A DNA stretch of 63,796 nucleotides, counting the filler, from an uncultured bacterium (lineage in GTDB: Bacteria; Latescibacterota; UBA2968): the NCBI GenBank assembly GCA_964471275.1. It is 5 parts of 5 records of this genome, joined end to end, with 100 filler letters (N's around TTAATTAATTAA, not from the genome) between each part and the next. Parts side by side here need not be neighbours in the genome. Positions count along the whole stretch, not along the records: positions 41,141 to 54,633 come from CAYYGZ010000127.1; positions 54,734 to 63,796 come from CAYYGZ010000189.1; 3 more parts are not named here. One strand, given 5' to 3'. Of this stretch, positions 50,744 through 59,917 are shown in pieces. The notes beneath the pieces were generated by a model that saw nothing but the letters and a program-made list of their open reading frames with translations, ran no database searches and was not told the DNA's origin. A program made the position numbers and the translations under genes. The first letter of the stretch is position 1. The number at the start of each line of letters is the position of its first letter.

Positions 50744-52204
50744 GTGATGAGACTAGCAGCAGTTCTGTGCACCGTCCTGTTAGCCACAGGTTCGGCGCGA
50801 TCCGAGACATCGAAGCAGGAAGCCATCGACGCGATGGCGAAGGCGACCCGATTCTTTCTGACGGAGATCGCGACGGAGGGCGGGTATCTCTGGCAATACA
50901 AGGACGATCTCTCGATGCGGGAAGGGGAGGGTGTCGCCACGGATTCGATTATCTGGATCCAGCCGCCAGGAACCCCCGCGGTGGGAATGGGGTTTCTGGA
51001 TGCATACGCGGCAACCAAGGATCCGCTGTATCTGAACGGGGCGATCGACGCGGCGCACGCGCTTGTATGGGGCCAGCTTTCGACCGGCGGGTGGGACTAC
51101 CGGATCGACTTTGATACCGAGGGCAGCAAACGGTGGCACTACCGGCGCGATGTGGAAGTGGGAGACACTGATCCGGGGAAACGTCGGCATCGTAGCGTCT
51201 TCGACGATGACACGTCGCAGAGCGCGATGCGACTTCTGATGCGCGTGGATGATCTGCTCGGGCAACAGGATGCGGTGATCCGAAGAGCCGTGAGCTTCGG
51301 TCTGGATACCTTCTTACGCGTTCAGTATCCGAACGGCGCCTGGCCGCAGAGATGGGAAGCCTTTCCTGATTCAAACGACTATCCCGTGTTGAAGGCGAGG
51401 TATCCCGATACGTGGCCGCGTGAATGGCCCAAAGTCGATTACCGCGATTTCTATACGTTCAACGACAACGCGATTTCCGACGTGATCGAGGTGATGCTCG
51501 AGGCACATCGGACATACGGAGACGATCCGTATCTGAATGCGGCACTCAAGGCGGGGGATTTCCTGATTCTCGCCCAGATGCCCGAACCGCAACCGATCTG
51601 GTCACAGCAGTACAACCACCAGATGGAGCCCGCGTGGGCGCGCAAATTCGAGCCCGCATCCGTCACGGGTGGAGAGAGTTTTGGCGTGATGCGGTCACTT
51701 ATTGATCTGTATGTACACACGGGAGAAGATCGGTTCCTGGAGCCGATCCCACGGGCACTCAGCTGGGCGAAACGGTCGCTGCTTCCGGATGGTCGGCTGG
51801 CCAGATTTTACGAGCTCAGGACGAACACACCCCTCTATTTCGTTCGGGACACATATGTTCTGACTTACAGCGATGCGGATATGCCGACGCACTACGCCTT
51901 CAAGGTATCCGGAGAGCAGCGCATTGCCTCGATCGAGTCATACCTCGCCCGTATCCAGGACCGTGGGCGAGAAGCACTGAAGTCTGACAATCTTGAGAGG
52001 TGGTCTGGAAGCGTTACCGAGGAAGACCACGTTGTGGTAAGCCGGATTCTCTCGCAGCTCGACGGCAAGGGTCGGTGGGTGGAGGACGGTGAATTGCGGT
52101 CGCCAAAGCGCGGGGAACCGCGTATCCCCGCGCGTGTGATCAGATGCCGAACATTCAATCGGAATCTTCGTCAGCTCGCCCGATTTGTGGCGTTGACGGA
52201 ATAG
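50744..52204 (+). CDS. PL10 family pectate lyase-like protein, secreted
   Basis: Signal peptide; GQLSTGGW, FDDDTS, QYPNGAWPQ, TFNDNA, WSQQY...PAWARKFEP, ARFYEL. Confidence 0.85.
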   Translation: MMRLAAVLCTVLLATGSARSETSKQEAIDAMAKATRFFLTEIATEGGYLWQYKDDLSMREGEGVATDSIIWIQPPGTPAVGMGFLDAYAATKDPLYLNGAIDAAHALVWGQLSTGGWDYRIDFDTEGSKRWHYRRDVEVGDTDPGKRRHRSVFDDDTSQSAMRLLMRVDDLLGQQDAVIRRAVSFGLDTFLRVQYPNGAWPQRWEAFPDSNDYPVLKARYPDTWPREWPKVDYRDFYTFNDNAISDVIEVMLEAHRTYGDDPYLNAALKAGDFLILAQMPEPQPIWSQQYNHQMEPAWARKFEPASVTGGESFGVMRSLIDLYVHTGEDRFLEPIPRALSWAKRSLLPDGRLARFYELRTNTPLYFVRDTYVLTYSDADMPTHYAFKVSGEQRIASIESYLARIQDRGREALKSDNLERWSGSVTEEDHVVVSRILSQLDGKGRWVEDGELRSPKRGEPRIPARVIRCRTFNRNLRQLARFVALTE

Positions 52205-52233
52205 ATGTCTGTCGTGATGGATCGGAGGATGTC

Positions 52234-52530
52234 ATGAAGATGGCCGTTACGGGAGGGGCGGGGGCAATCGGTCGGTATGTGTGTGACGAGCTGATATCGG
52301 CGGGGCACGATGTGGTCTGTGTGGATCGTCGGGAGCCGGATAACGGGATCTCTCATCACATCGTGGACATGCTATCCTTGGAAGCGACACGATCCGCGCT
52401 GGGTGAAGCCGACTGCGTCGCACATCTGGCTGCGATACCCGATCCTTTCAAGGGCGATCCACCCGAACGCGTAAGCTTGCTGACAAGCTTGGTAATTAAC
52501 TATCTGACCTGGGAGGAAGGTTCTGGCTGA
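52234..52530 (+). pseudogene. NAD-dependent epimerase/dehydratase N-terminal fragment
   Basis: MKMAVTGGAGAIG, HLAAIP; similarity ends near 52470, before any YxxxK motif. Confidence 0.75.
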
Positions 52531-53422
52531 ACTAACAATACGTCGACTGGGACGAACCGGTCTTCAGGTCAAGAGCATCGGGTTGGGATGCGCAGTCTTT
52601 GGCGGCAAGCAGTCATCGGACAGGGATGCATATGATGGGGTCCGTCGCGCGATAGATCTCGGTCTCAACTATGTGGATACATCGCCCCTCTACGGTGAGA
52701 GCGAGCGTCGCATTGGTCTTGCATTGGCAGGCGGATACCGTGACAGGGTCTATCTGCAGACCAAGACGGGAACCCATCCCGAACGGCGATACGACTACTC
52801 GGCGGAAGCCACTCGGTGGAGCGTCGAAAACAGCATGAAGTTGTTGAGGACGGACCGACTTGACTCGGTGTTGATTCACAACCCTTGGTACATAGAGCAG
52901 CCGTTCAAGTCCGGCGGGTGTCTAGACGAGCTGCTGAAGATGAAGGACGAAGGTCTGCTGGATCATATCGGTATCGGTGTGAGAGAGCACGATTTCCACA
53001 AGCGGGCGATCGAGACCGGGCACATAGATATCATTCTGACTTTCTTGGACTACACCCTCCTCAGTCAATCCATCGCTGAAACGACGCTGCCTCTCGCAAA
53101 GCAGGAGGACGTGGGCATTATCCTGGCAAGCGCGCAGGGAATGGGGTCTCTGGCAGGTCCAGAGCCGGACAAAAAGGCGACCGAACGTCGATATCCCGGT
53201 AAGGGTGAACTGGCCCTTCAGATGTGGTCCTGGTGTCGGGACCGGAATCTGAGCATTCGCCAATTGGCGCTGCACTTCTGTCTGGCAGCAGATATCGATG
53301 GGATGGTGATGGCGGGACCGGCAACGCAACAGCAGGTCGAAGAAGTCGTCGAAGCTGCCGGGACACCCGTGCCGGAGGAGATCTGGCAGGCGTTTGAGGC
53401 GGAGTTCGGTGTGCGAGGCTGA
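52523..53422 (+). CDS. Aldo/keto reductase
   Basis: RRLGRTGLQV..IGLG, DTSPLYG.SERRIG, TK, SM.LL.TDRLD..LIH; probable CTG start at 52523. Confidence 0.9.
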   Translation: MAELTIRRLGRTGLQVKSIGLGCAVFGGKQSSDRDAYDGVRRAIDLGLNYVDTSPLYGESERRIGLALAGGYRDRVYLQTKTGTHPERRYDYSAEATRWSVENSMKLLRTDRLDSVLIHNPWYIEQPFKSGGCLDELLKMKDEGLLDHIGIGVREHDFHKRAIETGHIDIILTFLDYTLLSQSIAETTLPLAKQEDVGIILASAQGMGSLAGPEPDKKATERRYPGKGELALQMWSWCRDRNLSIRQLALHFCLAADIDGMVMAGPATQQQVEEVVEAAGTPVPEEIWQAFEAEFGVRG

Positions 53423-53956
53423 GAGCGGAGGCCAATGACAGATGACAAATGGCAAGAGACAACTGATCCTGTCAGCTTCAGCCGGACCGACGTGCCGTCC
53501 CAGCAAAGAGATGATTGGGAACTACTACGCTCTGGTTGGTGAGGCAGTGACCTACGGACAGTGCACGTAAGTCAGTAGCTTGCGGTTGGGTCAGACAGCA
53601 GGATGGCCTGCTCTTTGCAAATCGTTCGATATGCAAACGTGCGCCCCAGATCGACGAGGCGTGACACCGTTCTCCTTGAGTGACGTCGTAGCCGAACAGA
53701 TCCCCCGTTATCCGACAATGTAGAGAGCGTACACGTCTTATCGAAGGGCGACCGGCAGGTGGGTCCGCGCTGACAGTAGCACCCTTCGATACGGCAAGCT
53801 CCTTCATTGCTTTCATTCTCGCCTGCTCTAGGTCGAAGGGAATCAGAGGTGTGAGACATCGATCCCGGGTGGGGTGTAGACACCTTGTTGCTGATGGTGG
53901 GGGTGAGTATGTTCGAGAATCCAGGCATAGAGTCGGGATCCGGCAACCCCAGGAGA

Positions 53957-54421
53957 GGAACCACGAGTGAACACAGATAGGGTCGAGGGAAGCCCTGGAT
54001 CCAATGGATCCGGAAGTGGACGGTGGCTCAGCGGTCGTGTCATCGGGTGTGCGATCAGAGTGAGCAACGGCCTTGAAATAGGCTTCCTCGAGAAGGTCTA
54101 CGAGAATGCGCTGTCTCACGAGCTCAGGAAAGACGGTCTGGATGTCGAGCAACAGAAGCGTTTGCCCGTGTACTACGACGGTGTTCAGGTTGGCGAATAC
54201 CTGGCAGATATCGTAGTCAATTCGACGGTGATCATCGAACTGAAAGCTGTAACCGACATTTCAACAATTCACGAAGTGCAACTGGTCAACTAACTCCGAG
54301 CCGCCGGGATTCGGATTGGCCTTATCCTCAACTTCGGCCAACCCAGGCTCGGTATCCGTCGCCGCGTTGTCTAGTTATCGCAAACTCCCATCAATGTATA
54401 TCTGTGTCCATTTGTGGTTCC
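53957..54421. repeat. 23-bp imperfect inverted repeats bracketing the GxxExxY gene
   Basis: GGAACCACGAGTGAACACAGATA (53957-53979) versus TATCTGTGTCCATTTGTGGTTCC (54399-54421), 20/23 complementary. Confidence 0.85.
53967..54374 (+). pseudogene. GxxExxY protein (PD-(D/E)xK nuclease family) with in-frame TAA
   Basis: GFLEKVYENAL, ADIVV, IELKAV, QLVN*LRAAGIRIGLILNFG; stop at 54291-54293 replaces the conserved Tyr. Confidence 0.88.
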
Positions 54422-54633
54422 AGAGATTGCCATCCTGCGGACACAGTGACGCGACATCGTATCTCTACCGCTCGACACACCTCAGCCCCAGGTAAACAGC
54501 TAAGCCTACGAATCACTCGGATCCGCAGGCTTAACGTGTTTCTGACTCGCCGATCTATTTCGTCGGATCGGGTGTGTATCGCAGGTAAGGTTTCACGGCA
54601 TTGAACCCGGGATATGTCTGGTTGGCTTCCTCA

Positions 54634-54733
54634 NNNNNNNNNNNNNNNNNNNNNNNNNNNNNNNNNNNNNNNNNNNNTTAATTAATTAANNNNNNNNNNN
54701 NNNNNNNNNNNNNNNNNNNNNNNNNNNNNNNNN
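54634..54733. other. Artificial contig linker
   Basis: N44-TTAATTAATTAA-N44. Confidence 0.99.
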
Positions 54734-54871
54734 TCTTCTCTTTCTACGAGTTAGTCGGTCTGGCAGCAGACAACATGGTTGGCAAGATCCTGGTCTCGGA
54801 CGCAGAGAAGCCTGATCACGTAGATGATACGAGAGATACTGAACAGACTTGATTCATTACAGGACAATCTC

Positions 54872-55642
54872 ATGAAAGTGTTAGAATTCGACACAAATCC
54901 CTTTGGCGGCGTGATCACAAACCCCGCCCACCTACCCGACACGGCGGCAGAATTCGAGGTGCTGTTGACCGATAGCCTGGAAGCGTGGGGTAGGGATGGT
55001 TTCAAGGTTGTTTGGCTGGAAACCCCGATCGAGAAGGCAGAGATCATCCCGGTCGCCGTCAACCACGGCTTCACGTTCCACCACAGCGAGGAAGACTATC
55101 TGATGATGACCTGCCGTCTGGTTGCGGGGGCTTACGTCCCTCCCTATGCAACGCACTACACGGGCGCAGGTGGTGTTGTGATCAACGAAAAGAATGAACT
55201 CCTGGTTGTCAGCGAGAAATACCGAAGATCGACCGGAAACCCATCCTACAAGCTTCCGGGAGGCGCCCTGACCCAGGGCGAGAATCTGGCCGACTGTGTG
55301 ACACGCGAAGTCCTCGAGGAGACCGGAGTAGAAACAGAATTCGTCGCTCTCGTTTGCTTCCGACACTGGCACGGATACCGATATGGCAAATCGGACATCT
55401 ACTTCGTCTGCCGGCTCAAGCCCCTGAGCGAGGAAGTGACAATCCAGGAGGACGAGATCTCCGACGCATTGTGGATGCCCGTTGAGGAATACCTGGAGGC
55501 GGAAGGGGTGAGTGTCTTCAACAAGGAGATCGTGAAGGCCGCCCTGGCAAGCCCGGGGGTGTCGCCTATGGCGATCGAAGGATACTCGGATCCGGACCGG
55601 CACGAGATCTTCATGCCGCGAGGCGTAAGGGCCCCACACTAG
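54872..55642 (+). CDS. NUDIX hydrolase, NUDT6-like
   Basis: GFTFHH, ATHYTGAGG, KLPGG...GE......REVLEETG, KSDIYFVC. Confidence 0.9.
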   Translation: MKVLEFDTNPFGGVITNPAHLPDTAAEFEVLLTDSLEAWGRDGFKVVWLETPIEKAEIIPVAVNHGFTFHHSEEDYLMMTCRLVAGAYVPPYATHYTGAGGVVINEKNELLVVSEKYRRSTGNPSYKLPGGALTQGENLADCVTREVLEETGVETEFVALVCFRHWHGYRYGKSDIYFVCRLKPLSEEVTIQEDEISDALWMPVEEYLEAEGVSVFNKEIVKAALASPGVSPMAIEGYSDPDRHEIFMPRGVRAPH

Positions 55643-55796
55643 AGACAGATGATGATTCAGAAAATGTAGTCCAAAACGAAAGTCGACGCACACCAGGTCT
55701 TTGACAGCCACACCCATGCTTGCGCAGATAGATAACGCGGTTTCACGGGTACCCCTTGCCCCAAGCCCCCTGCACCTTTTCCTCTCAGGTCCCAAC

Positions 55797-56522
55797 ATGC
55801 CCCAAGGATTATCCGATCAGCAACTGGATGAGTTGCGCAAATACGACACGCCTACCATCTGCAATGTCATCGAGGTATTCGATGTTCAGGCCTGGAATGT
55901 AGGATACATGAATCAGACGATCAGCGCCCGTTTTCCGGAAATGCCGCCGATGGTCGGATACGCGTCGACGGCCACGTGGCGCGCGGATGCGCCTCCATTG
56001 GATGGTCGCGAATACGGGAGCCTGGACGGTCAGGTCGAGGCATTCACCGAGATTCCGGGCCCGCCAGTGGTCGTCTTTCAGGACCTCGATGAGCCTACGG
56101 TTGCAGCCTCGTTTGGTGAGGTCATGTGCACGACCTATAAGACATTTGGTGCCGTCGGCCTCGTCACAAGCGGGGCGGCGCGTGATCTCAACCAGGTAAG
56201 AAAAATCGATTTCCCAACGTTCAGCAATGGCGTAAATCCGTCACACGGGTATGGACACATCGTCGACGTCCACGTACCCGTGTCCATAGGTGGGATAACC
56301 GTTCTGCCCGGAGATCTGATCCACGGTGACTGCAATGGTGTGACGACGATTCCAAACGCGATCGCAAGCGAACTTATAGACATCGTTGGGGAGTTCGTGG
56401 CCGCCGAACAGATCGTACTGGATCACCTGAACAGCGGAGCGCCGAGTGTGGAAGGTTTTGCCAACGCAAAGAAGGAATACAAGGCCGTGGTGGATGGACT
56501 GATGGAAAGGGTGAGGAGATAG
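55797..56522 (+). CDS. RraA family protein (HMG aldolase-like)
   Basis: DTPTICNVIE, MVGYA.T, FGEVM, GAARD, PGDLIHGDCNGV. Confidence 0.88.
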   Translation: MPQGLSDQQLDELRKYDTPTICNVIEVFDVQAWNVGYMNQTISARFPEMPPMVGYASTATWRADAPPLDGREYGSLDGQVEAFTEIPGPPVVVFQDLDEPTVAASFGEVMCTTYKTFGAVGLVTSGAARDLNQVRKIDFPTFSNGVNPSHGYGHIVDVHVPVSIGGITVLPGDLIHGDCNGVTTIPNAIASELIDIVGEFVAAEQIVLDHLNSGAPSVEGFANAKKEYKAVVDGLMERVRR

Positions 56523-56574
56523 GGACAGGAGTGAGTCGTCGCGCGATCGATTCACTCGGAAGCGCCATTGACTC

Positions 56575-56637
56575 GGGCCCTCACCCGCTCGCCCGCTGCG
56601 CGAACGACCGCCCTCTCCCATCAGGACAGGAAAGGGT
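56575..56637 (+). repeat. REP-like palindromic repeat, copy 1
   Basis: CCCTCACCCG...GACCGCCCTCTCCCATCAGGACAGGAAAGGG. Confidence 0.75.
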
Positions 56638-56690
56638 AAAGACGGCTGGTGAGTTGCTTTCTGCCTGCGCCTTTCCAAGCCCCCTGCCCC

Positions 56691-57893
56691 CTATTCCAAA
56701 GCAGCAACAATTCCACCGACTGCAGGCTTCGGATTCAGATTAGCATCAAACAACAACGGATCATTCGGTTGTATCCATTTGAACGGTGGTACGAAATCGA
56801 ACCAAGTGGAAGCGTCACTGAGGCCCCAGACGGTGAAACCGATACAGGATGGGGTATCGATACAAGCTGACGCGTAAACGGTTGTGTAGTCTCCCTGAGC
56901 CTGGTAGGGATCCGGGGTATCTTCGAAGAGACGAATACGGGCGTCGAACTCCGTGACTTCGACGAGAAGGCCCTGGCCGGTGACACGGGTCAGGAACTGA
57001 CGATACTCATCAAGATTGTGAGTCTTGAAGATATTGTGAGCCTGGATGCCTACGCCGTGGATTGGGACGCCATCTGCCTTCAGCCATTCAAGCAGATCAA
57101 AGAAGACTTCAACGTTCGCACCAGTGTAGTTTCCAAACTGCTCGTTCAGGAAAAGCTGAACGCTCGGATCCACCTCGTGAGCGATCCGGAAGGCCTCCGC
57201 GATGTATTCTTTGCCGAGTGTGTTCAGGTAGATGTTCTTGTCCAGATATGGACCTTCCATCGACAGCGGTTCGTTGACGCAGTCCCACACCTGGATCCGA
57301 CCTTTGAAGTGCGTCATCACAGTCGTGATGTGATCGCACATTACCTGACGCAGCTCGGTCTTTGGATCCGCAGCGTCGGCGACCCGTTTGTCAAGTTCCT
57401 TCGGATACGTCCTACCAGAAAACTTGCCCCACACCAGCGTGTGTCCTCGCACTCGCGCCCTGTTTTCAATCGCATAATCGACGATCGCATCTGCTTCCGT
57501 GAAATCGTACTCGCCGATCTTCCCATTTACCAACATCCGTCGCCACTTGGTCGCGTTCTCGGGCGTGATCGAGTTATACTCCTGTGGGACAAGCTTCGGG
57601 TAGTCAAGATTTGTGGACTTGTTGATGGCAGCACCGATGTGGAAGCCCCGGGCGGTTGCGGCTTCTGCCAGAGCGCCAGGTGCGAGCCGTGCGGTCGTGA
57701 GGTAGTTACGAGGGTAGGCGCGAGGGGACAGGTAATAGAAGTAGAGAAAGAAGAGAACCAGGGCCTCGGTCCCGAAGATGCCGCCGGCGATCTTGCATGA
57801 GCCAGAACGACGGATCAGAGCCACGACCAGCCAGATGAACGTTCCGAGGATTAGGAGGAACGGGACGGAGGCATAGATAATGTATCTGGTCAT
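56691..57893 (-). CDS. GH10 endo-1,4-beta-xylanase with N-terminal membrane anchor
   Basis: TPENATKW, RGHTLVW, WDCVNE (acid/base), GVGIQAH, VTEFD (nucleophile), WGLSD..TW, PLLFD. Confidence 0.93.
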   Translation of the reverse strand: MTRYIIYASVPFLLILGTFIWLVVALIRRSGSCKIAGGIFGTEALVLFFLYFYYLSPRAYPRNYLTTARLAPGALAEAATARGFHIGAAINKSTNLDYPKLVPQEYNSITPENATKWRRMLVNGKIGEYDFTEADAIVDYAIENRARVRGHTLVWGKFSGRTYPKELDKRVADAADPKTELRQVMCDHITTVMTHFKGRIQVWDCVNEPLSMEGPYLDKNIYLNTLGKEYIAEAFRIAHEVDPSVQLFLNEQFGNYTGANVEVFFDLLEWLKADGVPIHGVGIQAHNIFKTHNLDEYRQFLTRVTGQGLLVEVTEFDARIRLFEDTPDPYQAQGDYTTVYASACIDTPSCIGFTVWGLSDASTWFDFVPPFKWIQPNDPLLFDANLNPKPAVGGIVAALE

Positions 57894-57942
57894 TCTGTTG
57901 ATCTCTGGTTGTGGAGCGTATTACACAATCTGCAGAGGGTCC

Positions 57943-58005
57943 GGGCCTCACCCGCCCGTCGGCGCGGCGACGGACTACCTTCTCCCATCAAGGACAGTAG
58001 AGGGT
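57943..58005 (+). repeat. REP-like palindromic repeat, copy 2
   Basis: CCTCACCCG...GACTACCTTCTCCCATCAAGGACAGTAGAGGG. Confidence 0.7.
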
Positions 58006-58059
58006 AGAAGCAAAATCTCCGTGCGTTGTCTCCCCTGTCCCTTGCTTCCCAACCCTCTG

Positions 58060-59531
58060 CTAGCCTCTCCCGTGTGTTTTCGTGAGGTGATCGGCGTGAT
58101 GGCTGCGACCTGTTTCGCGAAGGCGCTCGCAATACGGTTCCAGATCTGAGCGTGTGTGTAGAGGACCGCCTTCCTTCACGACGGTCCACATCGGGTCGAT
58201 ACCGGTCCAACTGGTGGACATACAGCCGGCGTGCCATTTCTCCAGGTGGGCGATCCCTTCGTTTACGGTCTCGGGGCGTAATGCGGAAAGATCAGTGGTC
58301 TCGTGGGGGTCGTCTTCGATGTTGAAGAGCAGCACCTCGGGGAAGTCCTTCAAACCGGCGTGCCAGGTGCGGATCAACATCCAGGGGCCAAAGCGAACGC
58401 CGCGCTGGCAAGCCCAGGCCCCCTGACTGACGACAACAGTGTTCCGGCCCTTCCAATCCAGACCATCGAGTACGTGAGCGAAGTTCTCGCCGTCCCATGA
58501 CTCGGGGCAGGCTTGATCGCACAACTCGGTGACCGTTGCCGCGAGGTCGACGTTGTAACAAAGACCGTCGACGACCGTTCCCTTGTCCTTGCCCGGCCAG
58601 CGGATGATCAGCGGGATGCGACCGGTGATGTAATCGGCCGTCTGATGATCGCCATACACATTCAGTTCGCCAAGATTCTCTCCGTGGTCGCCGCTGATGA
58701 TAATCGCCGTGTCATCGAGAACGCCCTGTTTCTCGAGAGAATCGAGTACCTGGCCAATGTGGTCATCGACATACTTCACGCCCGTGTCGTAGCCATCGAT
58801 CCAGCGCTTGTAGTCTTCCATCGTCCTTATGTNNNNNNNNNNATGTCAATCGGGATCCTCGGGTAGCGGCCGGGATTCGGATGTGGAAAGTAGCCCCACG
58901 GCTCTTGCGCGCTGTGCGGGCCAAAGCCGTCGTAGTGCGTCTGACGCATCTCGTCCGTCAGCCAATCGTCGATCGGCTCATTTTCAAACGGATTCCCGTA
59001 GCTCTCGGGTGTACGATATGGCGTGTGCGGGTCCCAGAAATTAAGATGCATGAACCAGTCATCGCCTGCACCCTTCCGGTCGATCCAGTCCGTCACCACC
59101 GGTCCGACTTCATCAGCCGTCTCCTGACCGCTCTTGCCGGTGTTGTAGATCTCGTTGAAGCCGATGTTGAAATGCCATGCCGAATGCCGCTCGGCAAACG
59201 GACTGATACAGACCGTGTGGAGGCCTGCCTTTCGCAACTGTGTCATCCAGGCGTTCTGTGAGTAGCGACTCTTGAAGGCACGCTCGCGCCCTTCGGGAAA
59301 GATATCGGCCTGCACGCCGCCGTGGTTGACGACACCGTTGTGGATGCCGAACTGGCTCGAGAACAATGCGGTGCGTGAGGGCAGGCAGGGGACATCGGGG
59401 CTGTAGCAGTTCGTGAAACGAACACCCTCGGCCGCGAGCCGGTCGATGTTGGGCGAAGTCTGACGAGGGTAGCCGTAGCAGCCAAGATGGTCGGGACGTT
59501 GAGAGTCGATATCGATGTAAAGTATTCGCAT
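58060..59531 (-). CDS. Sulfatase (Cys type), interrupted by a 10-N scaffold gap at 58833-58842
   Basis: DIDSQRPDHLGCYG, CLPSRTAL, WDPHTPY in the 5' part; YD..V.YVD, GDHGE, DPHE in the 3' part. Confidence 0.9.
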
Positions 59532-59917
59532 TGCTTCTCCAGAAAAATCAAGTAGGGAACACAGTAGACGATGAGAGCACAGAGGTTCTACCCACCGAGA
59601 TCGCTATTCATGAGAATCAGAGAAAGGGGTTGAAACCACAAATGAACACGGATTGGGCCGGACCGCCCAGCCACAAGGGCGGTGGCGATTATCGGCGAAG
59701 GGCAATCCGTGATGATCGTGCCGAAACCAGCAACGAATGCCACGATCGCGGAGTTCGTCCATCCTCACATAAACCCCACCCCCTGATTCGGTATTTGAGT
59801 AAATTCGTCGGGCTGTAACTAGCACAAGAGAGAGCAAAGACGCGAGCAGAATATGGGTCTCGCATCTATCTGGAACGCATTTTCCTTTTTGAAACCTGGA
59901 ACGGTCCTTCCCCCTCA

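Noticed and set aside
53470..53950. Overlapping minus-strand ORFs before the GxxExxY cassette
   Set aside because: No coherent motif in any frame; possibly decayed coding DNA but not assignable
58833..58842. Split sulfatase as a pseudogene
   Set aside because: The break coincides with a 10-N scaffold gap and both halves have intact motifs
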